NCBI GenBank assembly: GCA_965235115.1
Contig: OZ249436.1
Span: forward strand, 2,358,001 to 2,422,000
Length of the DNA stretch: 64,000 nt
Origin: Laetmonice hystrix
Taxonomy: Eukaryota
Reading direction: 5' to 3'
Both the position numbers and the translations under genes were made by a program. The notes beneath the pieces are model-generated. The model did no database searches, was not told the DNA's origin, and saw only the letters and a list, made by a program, of their open reading frames with translations. This document shows, one piece after another, positions 1 to 13,845 of this stretch. How positions within the stretch are numbered: position 1 is the stretch's first letter; every line of letters begins with the position of its first letter.

Positions 1-1006
1 ACGATAACATTTTCCCTTTCATCAAGCGCTTCAATTTGTTTGACAGTCGACTGGTAGACAAGTAGAAAGCTCATAAATATAAGTTGACGGTCATAAATGT
101 GAAAGCTGGAGTATTTATTTGACATGGCTGGTCAGTTTGTGGAGACAGTGCCGGCTTAACGTGACGAAGGGAGGTGGTTAGCGCAGTAAGCCTTGCTATC
201 CGCGCCCGCAAGGGGACAACACTTACCGCCAAGTATATGAAACTGTCACTCAGATAATCACATGATCGATGAAGGACTTGCACATTGTGTAGAGAGATTT
301 AAGGATGATCCAGGGGATGTTATAATCTGGATTATTTCAAATCCCGCCTGTATGTGTGTGTATGAGAGAGCTCCCTAGAGGGCGCCATCAACTGTTGCCA
401 CCACTCTGACTGAGGTGTGAGAGCAGTGGGCCAGGCTGGCCGCTAGAGGCGCCACCTGTTGGACAGTGAGGCAATCAGTGCGAGCGGCGAGTGAGCGAGA
501 ACCTGTGGCAGGGACAGTCTGACCAGTCGTACAAATTGCCAACTTAAATAAAGCAGGTCTGTCTACAGACTTTCGCTGATATTCTCAACCCCTGGCAATA
601 GGAAACGGGAGGATTTGTTTTACCCAAAACATTTCACAACGTGGCGTTATTGATGAACCAGACGTGATGTGGGCTATACTCAGTGCGGAAAGGTTGTAAA
701 TGAAAAGACATCAATATGAAAAAAAAACAAAAACATTTACACATTTACATTTACAACGTTTTTATCGAATACATCAACTACAGTACGTATTATGCACGGA
801 ATCGTACAAGCCTTGCAACTTTTACTCATTTACTCAACCCGTCACTGCAAACGTTACACCACAGTCATCCATTTGACAGCGGTGTGTGCGGCTCCTTACA
901 AAAGACGACCCCAGAAGGAAGCACCACATTAATTCGGTATTCTCAGATATAAAAACTTAACGCTCCTGTTTCACAACTATTGATGTCCAGAAATCCTGAC
1001 AGCAGG

Positions 1007-1082
1007 AATCATTGACACCTAATTAATCATTGACACCTAATTAATCATTGACACCTAATTAATCATTGACACCTAGTTAATC
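1007..1082. repeat. 18-bp tandem repeat x4
   Basis: AATCATTGACACCTAATT. Confidence 0.9.
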
Positions 1083-2305
1083 TCTGCTTGCATACTGTAG
1101 TATGCATGTCGTCTGAAAGGGCTCGGCTGACAAATTATTTGCCAGTTTCCCAGTTTCACCAGCAGGATAATGAGGAGTCGATGATCCATAACCTAACCGT
1201 ATCGACTCACCAACCACAGCACACGGCTACAAATACGTTTGAAATTCATACCAGGAGGCTTTCAAAGCTTACTGTTAACCTGATTAAATCTGAGAGCGAG
1301 TATCAATTACCAGTTGAAATGATCATACGAGTAGTGGGATAAATCAGTGTGGTTTTATTACTCTACAAACGACTGTACTACAGCCTGCACATTATCATGT
1401 TCTCTCGTTATCATTGCTCGATGACAAAGCGTTTCATTAGGTACGCTAGTGATTGAACAAGTAGCATGTATTTTTAGTCAGACACAAATTTCAGACATTT
1501 GACCATTTTGTAAAAAGTGATGTTGCTGTGTTTTTGATCCCAGTATTTTATAAGCTGAAATTATCATCGTCGACTCGTCACAGCAACTACGTCAGTGAGT
1601 GGGTGGGGGGGGGGGGGGGGTGAGTGAGGGGGGATAGTTTCTTTAGTCTATAGCCGTTGGGACGTGTGCAGGTGGCCAGAGTGACACGAACCGCGTGTAA
1701 TTTACAGGATTGTTCAGTGACAGTCAGCGTTCACTGCCCCTCCACTCCCCACCCCCAACCGTTACCCCGACCCCAACCCCACCCCACCTCACCCCCACCC
1801 CCTTGACACCGTCCAGGGCCGCGGGCGTGTTTCTAGATAAGGGCGCTCACAATAACGATATACGGTACATCATAGCGAGAGACGGCCAGTCTCCGACTTC
1901 TGCCTGGACCCCCCCCCCCACACACACACACACCCACACACACTTCACCCACCCCGCCACACCCACGTCCCTAATGAAGGTATGCATACAAAGAACCAGA
2001 CCTAGGACGTCCTGGGAAAAGTGCCCGTGGTTGCCATGCCAACACTCATGCCAACCCAGATCCTCACCCTAGTAACGATTCATCTGTCTCTGTTAGTTCT
2101 CGTCCTTACGGCCAAGCCGACTCATGACAACAGTACCCATATAGTAGATGGAGGCAGTGGTCCAGTGCCACCTCATAATGGTCAAGATGGGGGGAAACGT
2201 TGGTGAATTGCTCTTAATTTGTCACCCTCAGGGGGACATCATCATCATGATCATCATCATCATCTTAGGTCTTTCAAAGCCCTCCCGTATGTAAACACTG
2301 ATTAC

Positions 2306-3056
2306 TACCAGTCCTCGGTCCTAGTGACAATCATTTAATATCCACCCGGCGACCAGGGCTGTGAAAGTGATTGTCGACGCCACCAGTCCTCGGTCCTAGT
2401 GACAATCATTTAATATCCACCCGGCGACCAGGGCTGTGAGAGGGATTGTCGACGCCACCAGTCCTCGGTCCTAGTGACAATAATTTAATATCCACCCGGC
2501 GACCAGGGTTGTGAAAGGGATTGTCGACGCCACCAGTCCTCGGTCCTAGTGACAATCATTTAATATCCACCCGGCGACCAGGGCTGTGAGAGGGATTGTC
2601 GACGCCACCAGTCCTCGGTCCTAGTCACAATCATTTAATATCTACCCGGCGACCAGGCTTGTGAAAGGGATTGTCGACGCCACCAGTCCTCGGTCCTAGT
2701 GACAATCATTTAATATCCACCCGGCGACCAGGGTTGTGAAAGGGATTGTCGACGCCACCAGTCCTCGGTCCTAGTGACAATCATTTAATATCCACCCGGC
2801 GACCAGGGTTGTGAAAGGGATTGTCGACGCCACCAGTCCGCGGTCCTAGTGACAATCATTTAATATCCACCCGGCGACCAGGGCTGTGAGAGGGATTGTC
2901 GACGCCACCAGTCCTCGGTCCTAGTGACAATCATTTAATATCCACCCGGCGACCAGGGTTGTGAAAGTGATTGTCGACGCCACCAGTCCTCGGTCCTAGT
3001 GACAATCATTTAATATCCACCCGGCGACCAGGGTTGTGAAAGGGATTGTCGACGCC
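2306..3056. repeat. 75-bp minisatellite x10
   Basis: CACCAGTCCTCGGTCCTAGTGACAATC...GATTGTCGACGC. Confidence 0.95.
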
Positions 3057-3169
3057 AAAAAATGTACTTTATCTTCACATAAGGATCATGCCTGCGCAAT
3101 GACCAGTCTAATTAGTAATCCACTAATTAGTACTCCAATTATACCTTTTGTAGTTTGGTTTGGTTGTCT

Positions 3170-4266
3170 CCGAGTGGAGGGAATGTCCCCGAGTGGAGGG
3201 AATGTCCCCGAGTGGGGGGAATTGTCCCCGAGTGGAGGGAATGTCCCCGAGTGGAGGGAATGTCCCCGAGTGGAGGGAATGTCCCCGAGTGGAGGGAATG
3301 TCCCCGAGTGGTGTGAATGTCCCCGAGTGGAGGGAATGTCCCCGAGTGGAGGGAATGTCCCCGAGTGGAGGGGATGTCCCCGAGTGGAGGGAATGTCCCC
3401 GAGTGGAGGGAATGTCCCCGAGTGGAGGGAATGTCCCCGAGTGGAGGGAATGTCCCCGAGTGGAGGGAATGTCCCCGAGTGGAGGGAATGTCCCCGAGTG
3501 GAGGGAATGTCCCCGAGTGGAGGGAATGTCCCCGAATGGAGGGAATGTCCCCGAGTGGAGGGAATGTCCCCGAGTGGGGGGAATTGTCCCCGAGTGGTGT
3601 GAATGTCCCCGAGTGGAGGAGATGTCCCCGAGTGGAGGAGATGTCCCCGAGTGGAGGGAATGTCCCCGAGTGGAGGAGATGTCCCCGAGTGGAGGGAATG
3701 TCCCCGAGTGAAGGGAATGTCCCCGAGTGGAGGGAATGTCCCCGAGTGGAGGGAATGTCCCCGAGTGGAGGGAATGTCCCCGAGTGGAGGGAATGTCCCC
3801 GAGTGGAGGAGATGTCCCCGAGTGGAGGGAATGTCCCCGAGTGGAGGGAATGTCCCCGAGTGGAGGGAATGTCCCCGAGTGGGGGGAATGTCTCAGAGTG
3901 GAGGGAATGTCCCCGAGTGGAGGGAATGTCCCCGAGTGGAGGGAATGTCCCCGAGTGGAGGGAATGTCCCCGAGTGGTGTGAATGTCCCCGAGTGGAGGA
4001 GATGTCCCCGAGTGGAGGAGATGTCCCCGAGTGGAGGGAATGTCCCCGAGTGGAGGGAATGTCCCCGAGTGGAGGGAATGTCCCCGAGTGGAGGAGATGT
4101 CCCCGAGTGGAGGGAATGTCCCCGAGTGGAGGGAATGTCCCCGAGTGGAGGGATTGTCCCCGAGTGGAGGGAATGTCCCCGAGTGGAGGGAATGTCCCCG
4201 AGTGGAGGATGTCCCCGAGTGGGGGGAATGTCCCCGAGTGGAGGGAATGTCCCCGAGTGGAGGGAA
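3170..4266. repeat. 19-bp minisatellite, about 58 copies
   Basis: GAGTGGAGGGAATGTCCCC. Confidence 0.97.
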
Positions 4267-5564
4267 ACATTTTTTATGAAGGAACGAAGTTGACAGATAG
4301 ATACATGAAAACACTAAGAAAGGAAAAGTACGGTTGAAGACAAAATTGGAAGCTCAAAACGTGCACATGGAAACGTCCCATTGAAAGAGACTTCCGTTTC
4401 CAAGGTTTCTAGCTTTCCGTTCCGTGAGACTGCTTGTGTAGAAATTCCTGAAAGGAACTCAGCCAGGCGGTTAGTGTTGCTACGTTACCACACATTATTA
4501 CACAAGGAAAAAATGTAGAAATGTAAATTAATAGGCAGAGTAATTACATAAATTTAAAACGAAGGACATTAAGTGAAAGCCCCGTGCATTAATTGCTAAC
4601 TTTCTGTCTGAGATGAGGCTGCTGGCAGCTATTTCATCCTGAATATCCACGTGTCTGCCCGTAATAGAAAACCCATCTAGTTTACATTATAGATCTAATG
4701 GAATTACTACTTACACTGAGCACGTAATGTGATATAGAGTAATTACAATAGATGTATATACAAAAGACGCCAGTCAAGCGCCACACTGTATTACAGTGTG
4801 GAGCGCCACACTGTAGTGTGGTTGTTCACTATTCAATACTAGCTGCACCTGGTAGTCCTTACGGAAGGCGTGGGCAATAAGCTTGTACATTTCATATTAA
4901 AAGGAATATTTCAGTCAGATATCTTTAACGTGGATTTTCCAAATATTGATTTAAGGCTTGCAGACAATCAAGTCATTAGGGACGCTAAGGTAAACATTTG
5001 GGAACGTTTTTCAGATATTGAATGGTCTTGCGTCAAATCTGATACCGACTTCTAGCCACATTAGTAAATAAATGAGGAACGTGTCAGCAAAGTATGATTT
5101 TATGTGGCGAGTATTCGTCTATTACGTCTATAACATTATGAAGTTTCAGTCTGCATCAATGCAATAACGATAATGGCCAATCCTAGGTTCTGACGAGATA
5201 GTCTCATAGTCTCATTCTGTTAAAATGTATATTTTAATCATACCTTCCAAAAGAACAAGACTTAGTCTAATAGTGACCCAAAGAGGAGACAAACACAAAC
5301 ATGAAAACAGCATTTTCCTAATTTGGGGCAAATCAGTGAATTTTTGCAAGTTCTTAATTTTCAGATTTGTGGCGACTTTTAGATCAGATAATTATGTATG
5401 CCACCGTATTTTAAACTAGTCGGCAATACCTGAGTCTGGGAGTTGTTTTGGTTGGAGATATAGTTTGCTGGATATACAATGTATTCTGTATAAAAGTAAA
5501 CACCTTTTTAATGGAAACACTCGGAGCCTAATCTCGTTAAACCTTATGAGTGTATTACTGGTTC

Positions 5565-8500
5565 TGTCTCCTGGTAATAGAAAACTTCACGTTCACCCAG
5601 TAAAACCTTCACTGGCTGAGATCCCACAGGTATGGCATCATGTTCTCAGGCCCAGGTTCTGTCTGTCTGGATGATTCTATCCCCTCTCATTGTCTCCTGG
5701 TAAAACTTCACGTTCACCCAGTAAAACCTTTACTGGCTGAGATCAGACAGGTATGGCATCATGTTCTCAGGCCCAGGTTCTGTCTGTCTCGATGATTCTA
5801 TCCCCTCTCATTGTCTCCTGGTAAAACTTCACGTTCACCCAGTAAAACCTTTACTGGCTGAGATCCCACAGGTATGGCATCATGTTCTCAGGCCCAGGTT
5901 CTGTCTGTCTCGATGATTCTATCCCCTCTCATTGTCTCCTGGTAATAGAAAACTTCACGTTCACCCAGTAAAACCTTTACTGGCTGAGATCCCACAGGTA
6001 TGGCATCATGTTCTCAGGCCCAGGTTCTGTCTGTCTCGATGATTCCATCCCTCTCATTGTCTCCTGGTAATAGAAAACTTCACGTTCACCCAGTAAAACC
6101 TTTACTGGCTGAGATCAGACAGGTATGGCATCATGTTCTCAGGCCCAGGTTCTGTCTGTCTCGATGATTCTATCCCCTCTCATTGTCTCCTGGTAATAGA
6201 AAACTTCACGTTCACCCAGTAAAACCTTTACTGGCTGAGATCCCACAGGTATGGCATCATGTTCTCAGGCCCAGGTTCTGTCTGTCTCGATGATTCTATC
6301 CCCTCTCATTGTCTCCTGGTAATAGAAAACTTCACGTTCACCCAGTAAAACCTTTACTGGCTGAGATCCCACAGGTATGGCATCATGTTCTCAGGCCCAG
6401 GTTCTGTCTGTCTCGATGATTCTATCCCTCTCATTGTCTCCTGGTAAAACTTCACGTTCACCCAGTAAAACCTTTACTGGCTGAGATCCCACAGGTATGG
6501 CATCATGTTCTCAGGCCCAGGTTCTGTCTGTCTCGATGATTCTATCTCCTCTCATTGTCTCCTGGTAATAGAAAACTTCACGTTCACCCAGTAAAACCTT
6601 TACTGGCTGAGATCCCACAGGTATGGCATCATGTTCTCAGGCCCAGGTTCTGTCTGTCTCGATGATTCTATCCCCTCTCATTGTCTCCTGGTAATAGAAA
6701 ACTTCACGTTCACCCAGTAAAACCTTTACTGGCTGAGATCCCACAGGTATGGCATCATGTTCTCAGGCCCAGGTTCTGTCTGTCTCGATGATTCTATCCC
6801 CTCTCATTGTCTCCTGGTAATAGAAAACTTCACGTTCACCCAGTAAAACCTTTACTGGCTGTGATCCCACAGGTATGGCATCATGTTCTCAGGCCCAGGT
6901 TCTGTCTGTCTCGATGATTCTATCCCCTCTCATTGTCTCCTGGTAAAACTTCACGTTCACCCAGTAAAACCTTTACTGGCTGAGATCCCACAGGTATGGC
7001 ATCATGTTCTCAGGCCCAGGTTCTGTCTGTCTCGATGATTCTATCCCCTCTCATTGTCTCCTGGTAATAGAAAACTTCACGTTCACCCAGTAAAACCTTT
7101 ACTGGCTGAGATCCCACAGGTATGGCATCATGTTCTCAGGCCCAGGTTCTGTCTGTCTCGATGATTCTATCCCCTCTCATTGTCTCCTGGTAAACTTCAC
7201 GTTCACCCAGTAAAACCTTTACTGGCTGAGATCCCACAGGTATGGCATCATGTTCTCAGGCCCAGGTTCTGTCTGTCTCGATGATTCTATCCCCTCTCAT
7301 TGTCTCCTGGTAAAACTTCACGTTCACCCAGTAAAACCTTTACTGGCTGAGATCCCACAGGTATGGCATCATGTTCTCAGGCCCAGGTTCTGTCTGTCTC
7401 GATGATTCTATCCCCTCTCATTGTCTCCTGGTAAAACTTCACGTTCACCCAGTAAAACCTTTACTGGCTGAGATCCCACAGGTATGGCATCATGTTCTCA
7501 GGCCCAGGTTCTGTCTGTCTCGATGATTCTATCCCCTCTCATTGTCTCCTGGTAATAGAAAACTTCACGTTCACCCAGTAAAACCTTTACTGGCTGAGAT
7601 CCCACAGGTATGGCATCATGTTCTCAGGCCCAGGTTCTGTCTGTCTCGATGATTCTATCCCCTCTCATTGTCTCCTGGTAATAGAAAACTTCACGTTCAC
7701 CCAGTAAAACCTTTACTGGCTGAGATCCCACAGGTATGGCATCATGTTCTCAGGCCCAGGTTCTGTCTGTCTCGATGATTCTATCCCCTCTCATTGTCTC
7801 CTGGTAATAGAAAACTTCACGTTCACCCAGTAAAACCTTTACTGGCTGTGATCCCACAGGTATGGCATCATGTTCTCAGGCCCAGGTTCTGTCTGTCTCG
7901 ATGATTCTATCCCCTCTCATTGTCTCCTAGTAATAGAAAACTTCACGTTCACCCAGTAAAACCTTTACTGGCTGAGATCCCACAGGTATGGCATCATGTT
8001 CTCAGGCCCAGGTTCTGTCTGTCTCGATGATTCTATCCCCTCTCATTGTCTCCTGGTAATAGAAAACTTCACGTTCACCCAGTAAAACCTTTACTGGCTG
8101 AGATCCCACAGGTATGGCATCATGTTCTCAGGCCCAGGTTCTGTCTGTCTCAATGATTCTATCCCCTCTCATTGTCTCCTGGTAATAGAAAACTTCACGT
8201 TCACCCAGTAAAACCTTCACTGGCTGAGATCCCACAGGTATGGCATCATGTTCTCAGGCCCAGGTCCTGTCTGTCTCGATGATTCTATCCCCTCTCATTG
8301 TCTCCTGGTAAAACTTCACGTTCACCCAGTAAAACCTTTACTGGCTGAGATCCCACAGGTATGGCATCATGTTCTCAGGCCCAGGTTCTGTCTGTCTCGA
8401 TGATTCTATCCCCTCTCATTGTCTCCTGGTAATAGAAAACTTCACGTTCACCCAGTAAAACCTTTACTGGCTGAGATCCCACAGGTATGGCATCATGTTC

Positions 8501-9312
8501 TCAGGCCCAGGTCCTGTCTGTCTGGATGATTCTATCCCCTCTCATTGTCTCCTGGTAAAACTTCACGTTCACCCAGTAAAACCTTTACTGGCTGAGATCC
8601 CACAGGTATGGCATCATGTTCTCAGGCCCAGGTTCTGTCTGTCTCGATGATTCTATCCCCTCTCATTGTCTCCTGGTAATAGAAAACTTCACGTTCACCC
8701 AGTAAAACCTTTACTGGCTGAGATCTGACAGGTATGGCATCATGTTCTCAGGCCCAGGGTTCTGTCTGTCTCGATGATTCTATCCCCTCTCATTGTCTCC
8801 TGGTAAAACTTCACGTTCACCCAGTAAAACCTTTACTGGCTGTGATCCCACAGGTATGGCATCATGTTCTCAGGCCCAGGTTCTGTCTGTCTCGATGATT
8901 CTATCCCCTCTCATTGTCTCCTGGTAAAACTTCACGTTCACCCAGTAAAACCTTTACTGGCTGAGATCCCACAGGTATGGCATCATGTTCTCAGGCCTAG
9001 GTTCTGTCTGTCTCGATGATTCTATCCCCTCTCATTGTCTCCTGGTAATAGAAAACTTCACGTTCACCCAGTAAAACCTTTACTGGCTGAGATCCCACAG
9101 GTATGGCATCATGTTCTCAGGCCCAGGTCCTGTCTGTCTCGATGATTCTATCTCCTCTCATTGTCTCCTGGTAATAGAAAACTTCACGTTCACCCAGTAA
9201 AACCTTTACTGGCTGAGATCCCACAGGTATGGCATCATGTTCTCAGGCCCAGGTTCTGTCTGTCTCGATGATTCTATCCCCTCTCATTGTCTCCTGGTAA
9301 TAGAAAACTTCA
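5565..9312. repeat. 121/126-bp tandem array, about 30 copies
   Basis: TGTCTCCTGGTAA(TAGAA)AACTTCACG...CCCCTCTCAT; two length variants interspersed. Confidence 0.97.
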
Positions 9313-9325
9313 CCCCAGCTATGAG

Positions 9326-11236
9326 CTGTCAATGTGCCATGGAAGCAGTGTCAGCTGTCAATGTGCCATGGAAGCAGTGTCAGCTGTCAGAGTGCTATGG
9401 TAGCAGTGTCAGCTGTCAGTGTGCTATGGAAGCAGTGTCAGCTGTCAGTGTGCTATGGAAGCAGTGTCAGCTGTCAGTGTGCTATGGTAGCAGTGTCAGC
9501 TGTCAATGTGCCATGGAAGCAGTGTCAGCTGTCAGAGTGCTATGGAAGCAGTGTCAGCTGTCAGTGTGCTATGGAAGCAGTGTCAGCTGTTAGTGTGCTA
9601 TGGAAGCAGTGTCAGCTGTCAGAGTGCTATGGAAGCAGTGTCAGCTGTCAATGTGCCATGGAAGCAGTGTCAGCTGTCAGAGTGCTATGGAAGCAGTGTC
9701 AGCTGTCAGAGTGCTATGGAAGCAGTGTCAGCTGTCAATGTGCCATGGAAGCAGTGTCAGCTGTCAGAGTGCTATGGAAGCAGTGTCAGCTGTCAGTGTG
9801 CTATGGAAGCAGTGTCAGCTGTTAGTGTGCTATGGAAGCAGTGTCAGCTGTCAGTGTGCTATGGAAGCAGTGTCAGCTGTCAGAGTGCTATGGAAGCACT
9901 GTCAGCTGTCAGTGTGCTATGGAAGCAGTGTCAGCTGTCAGTGTGCTATGGAAGCAGCGTCAGCTGTCAGTGTGCTATGGAAGCAGCGTCAACTGTCAGT
10001 GTGCTATGGAAGCAGTGTCAGCTGTCAGTGTGCTATGGAAGCAGTGTCAGCTGTCAGTGTGCTGGAAGCAGTGTCAGCTGTCAGTGTGCTATGGAAGCAG
10101 TGTCAGCTGTCAGTGTGCTATGGAACCAGTGTCAGCTGTCAGTGTGCTATGGAAGCAGTGTCAGCTGTCAGTGTGCTATGGAAGCAGCGTCAGCTGTCAG
10201 TGTGCTATGGAAGCAGCGTCAGCTGTCAGAGTGCTATGGAAGCAGTGTCAGCTGTCAGTGTGCTATGGAAGCAGTGTCAGCTGTCAGTGTGCTATGGAAG
10301 CAGTGTCAGCTGTCAGTGTGCTATGGAAGCAGCGTCAGCTGTCAGTGTGCTATGGAAGCAGTGTCAGCTGTCAGAGTGCTATGGAAGCAGTGTCAGCTGT
10401 CAGTGTGCTATGGAAGCAGTGTCAGCTGTCAGAGTGCTATGGAAGCAGTGTCAGCTGTCAGTGTGCTATGGAAGCAGTGTCAGCTGTCAGTGTGCTGGAA
10501 GCAGTGTCAGCTGTCAGTGTGCTATGGAAGCAGTGTCAGCTGTCAGTGTGCTGGAAGCAGTGTCAGCTGTCAGAGTGCTATGGAAGCAGTGTCAGCTGTC
10601 AGTGTGCTATGGAAGCAGTGTCAGCTGTCAGTGTGCTGGAAGCAGTGTCAGCTGTCAGTGTGCTATGGAAGCAGTGTCAGCTGTCAGTGTGCTATGGAAT
10701 CAGTGTCAGCTGTCAGTGTGCTATGGAAGCAGTGTCAGCTGTCAGTGTGCTATGGAAGCAGCGTCAGCTGTCAGTGTGCTATGGAAGCAGCGTCAGCTGT
10801 CAGTGTGCTATGGAAGCAGTGTGAGCTGTCAGTGTGCTATGGAAGCAGCGTCAGCTGTCAGTGTGCTATGGAAGCAGCGTCAGCTGTCAGTGTGCTATGG
10901 AAGCAGTGTCAGCTGTCAGTGTGCTATGGAAGCAGTGTCAGCTGTCAGTGTGCTATGGAAGCAGTGTCAGCTGTCAGTGTGCTGGAAGCAGTGGCAGCTG
11001 TCAGTGTGCTATGGAAGCAGTGTCAGCTGTCAGTGTGCTATGGAAGCAGTGTCAGCTGTCAGTGTGCTATGGAAGCAGTGTCAGCTGTCAGTGTGATGGA
11101 AGCAGTGTCAGCTGTCAGTGTGCTATGGAAGCAGTGTCAGCTGTCAGTGTGCTGGAAGCAGTGTCAGCTGTCAGTGTGCTATGGAAGCAGTGTCAGCTGT
11201 CAGTGTGCTATGGAAGCAGTGTCAGCTGTCAGTGTA
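9326..11236. repeat. 29-bp minisatellite, about 66 copies
   Basis: GCAGTGTCAGCTGTCAGTGTGCTATGGAA. Confidence 0.97.
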
Positions 11237-12023
11237 CTGGACAGAGAGGTTTTTAAAACAGCTACCGCCTCCAACATGGAACTGGCGGAGCGTGTGGTGC
11301 TGTCATAGTGACAGAAAAAATGTACACAAACCTGGGAGGACGTCTGAGAATAGACTTAGAGTGGGATTGAGGCTGACTGTAATTAGAGAGTGTGAATGTC
11401 AGTTTAACGGATAGGTTAAATACATCCAGCACAAATCTTTGTGGGTGAACGACTTGTTAAACTACTGTCTTCTTATCAACTCAGCATATTTGAAAGCTAT
11501 ATTTGCTGGTTCTGTTTATAACAGGACTTCAAAATACCATCGGCATCGAGGGTCTCACTGTCTCACTGTCAGGAGTAGGGGGAGCCCCAGAAAGTTAACG
11601 TTTCATTTAGATGCTCCTCTATGTTTGTAACAATGTTTAAAATGGAGCTAGTTAGTATTTCTGGGGTGCTGCGGTGTTACCCCTCAGGTGTGTGGTACGA
11701 TTACTACGAGTAAATGACAAGCAGAGCTCGCCTCATGGGTTTAGTGACAAACTTTACAGTAGTAGGAGGTCGTATTTAGGGTCGAGGTGGATCGCAGATC
11801 ATCACAGTAGGACTAATTTGCTCCTTTAGAAGAGTTTTTTCCAACTGACGTGAGAAATTGTTTTGATTCCTTGTGATGCACCTGTTCAAAGATAACAATG
11901 GTTTGAAAAACACCATGGCACAGTCAGTAAAGGCTTGATAATGGCGCAGTGGGAGTACCTGGTCACGTGACGTGCAGGAAGACGAGATGTGCTAGGTGAG
12001 GAAGAAGGCCTCAGGCTGTCGCC

Positions 12024-12100
12024 ATGGAGGACTTTTGTCAGCTGGCGTTTAGGATTGTGTACCTCCTCCACGAGGACGGCGACACAGTTACGATCTTATA
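12024..12100 (+). CDS. unc-13: candidate alternative first coding exon of unc-13 (MEDFCQLAFRIVYLLHEDGDTVTIL[Y])
   Basis: gccATGg Kozak context, in-frame TGA upstream at 11997, 77 nt open, then GTAAGT donor in phase 2, matching the phase-2 acceptor at 22321. No homology support. Confidence 0.4.
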
Positions 12101-12277
12101 GTAAGTACCGGGCCCCGGGCGAGCGGCGGCCGGTCGGTGTGGGGAGCGGGCGGGCGCTGGCGGCGAGTAGCTGGCTGTGTTTATCGAGGACGCAGGTGGG
12201 CATGTCAAGTCTACCTCAGGGAGTGTGATGGTCTGGGTGGTAGACGCTCCGTCCGCCGGTCCGCCCGCCCGTGGCGG

Positions 12278-12440
12278 CTTTATGACGTCACAGTTAGTAC
12301 AAGGCAGAGAGGCTGCGAAAGGCCCACCTGCTTCCAGTGTCAAGTATTTACTATTGTCTTTATGACGTCACAGTTAGTACAAGGGAGAGAGGCCCCAGCA
12401 GGCCCACCTGCTCCCATTGTCAAGTATTTACTATTGTCTT
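12278..12440. repeat. 80-bp direct duplication carrying a CRE
   Basis: CTTTATGACGTCACAGTTAGTACAAGG... x2. Confidence 0.9.
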
Positions 12441-13845
12441 GAAGTTTGTTATTATGTACAGTAAGTGAACAAGGTCTTACAGACTGAACACAGTCTGACA
12501 GTGGACAGCCTGGAGCATTGTGACGTCACGTCTGACGTTCCTGATTGCCTCACTGTGACCAAAAGAAAATTCGATTAGTCCACGACTGGGATTAACTTTT
12601 GAAGGCGGTAACTGTGATTGGTTGAGAGGACAGCACATTAAGGGGAAGGAGGACCGTAAAATTTCTGTAGTAAACTTTGACATTTTTTGAGTTTTTTCAA
12701 TTTATTACCATGTAAGCATCACATAATCGCCAAAAAAATGATATGCTTCCAGGCTAATTTTTGTAGTATGGGGTTTTTTTGTACTGCACCCCCCTGAAAA
12801 TATGGCAAATTTTGGCGCATTTCCATGTATCGTTTCAGGCAAAAGAAATACATCAAATAATATCAAATGTATACATTTTTTCACCCAGAAAGACTGATAT
12901 GTAACATACCTACCACACTGTACTAAAAAATATGCCGATTAAACAATTTTTTTTTCAGATTTTGTATTTTTTCGAGGTGGTTGCCTATATTTTTCATCGT
13001 AAAATCCCACCTTTTTCAATAACAGGAGAAAACTGGTAGTAAATGTTATATTTTTTTTGGCTAAAATTAAAGACATTGACCAACTCTCATCAAATCAGTA
13101 AAAAAAAATATACCATTCCAGGGTAATTTTTTTGGTAGGACCCCTTTTTTGTAGGAAATTTACCCATTTTTACCCAAAATTCGGGTTTTTTGCTCCTACA
13201 AACTAATTAGTGGTGAATGTATTTATACAGTTTTGGCCTATAATTAAAGATAATGACCATTTTCATCAAAATAAACTAAGACATCTATGTCATTTCAGGT
13301 AAACGTGTCCCTGTGACCACCTTTTATGTTGTTGAAAAGGGCCCCAAATCCCCCCCCCCCCCTCCCATGGCAGGTCACACTGTGGCCAGTGGCAGTGGTA
13401 CAGGCCGGCTACTATTGTGACGTTAGAAATTAGGCCCTATTGTTCAGTAGTTCCAAAAGTATTGTGACGTCACAGTATCTGAGTGATGACAATAGGACTG
13501 TTCTGTCAAATATCATAGTCATTCTACTCAGATTCACTCAGCTAATTGACTCAGTTGAGTCTAACAGAAACCCAAATAATCCACTCAACTCCACTCGACT
13601 TAGCTGAGTGACTTTGCTGAGTGTGTTGAGTGGAGTCAAAGCCCTCTACTGGTAGTGGACGGCTTTGGTGGAGTGAAACTTGAGTGTAAGAGAAACCGGG
13701 CCCTGGCAGATGGAGACACTGGATTTGTGACTGCTAGTTCTTGTCTGTGCCACTGGGGCGCCACTGTAGGCCTACTATGCGCGTAAACCTGCGCAGTGGT
13801 CTGATTTGCTTCGGTGCTCCTTCCCCTTAAATGTCGTCAGGTATA

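Larger units (their letters stand above)
11950..12530 (+). promoter_or_regulatory. CpG/GC-rich island with E-box, GC boxes and three full CRE palindromes; possible internal promoter
   Basis: GTCACGTGACGT near 11962, GGGCGG/CCGCCC boxes at 12148-12270, TGACGTCA at 12283, 12363 and 12521. Confidence 0.4.

Noticed and set aside
3036..4337. Many overlapping long ORFs (also 9237-11414, 16816-17847, 18210-19744, 22893-24758, 45652-46458, 51870-53072, 55203-56288)
   Set aside because: They are translations of stop-poor minisatellite units, open in several frames or strands at once, with no sign of codon-level constraint.
4788..4822. Short palindromes CCACACTGTA-T-TACAGTGTGG
   Set aside because: Too short and isolated to assign; bacterial terminator or operator logic does not apply to this DNA.
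12690..13330. AT-rich segment resembling a transposon subterminal region
   Set aside because: No TIR pair, TSD or transposase remnant that I could identify.
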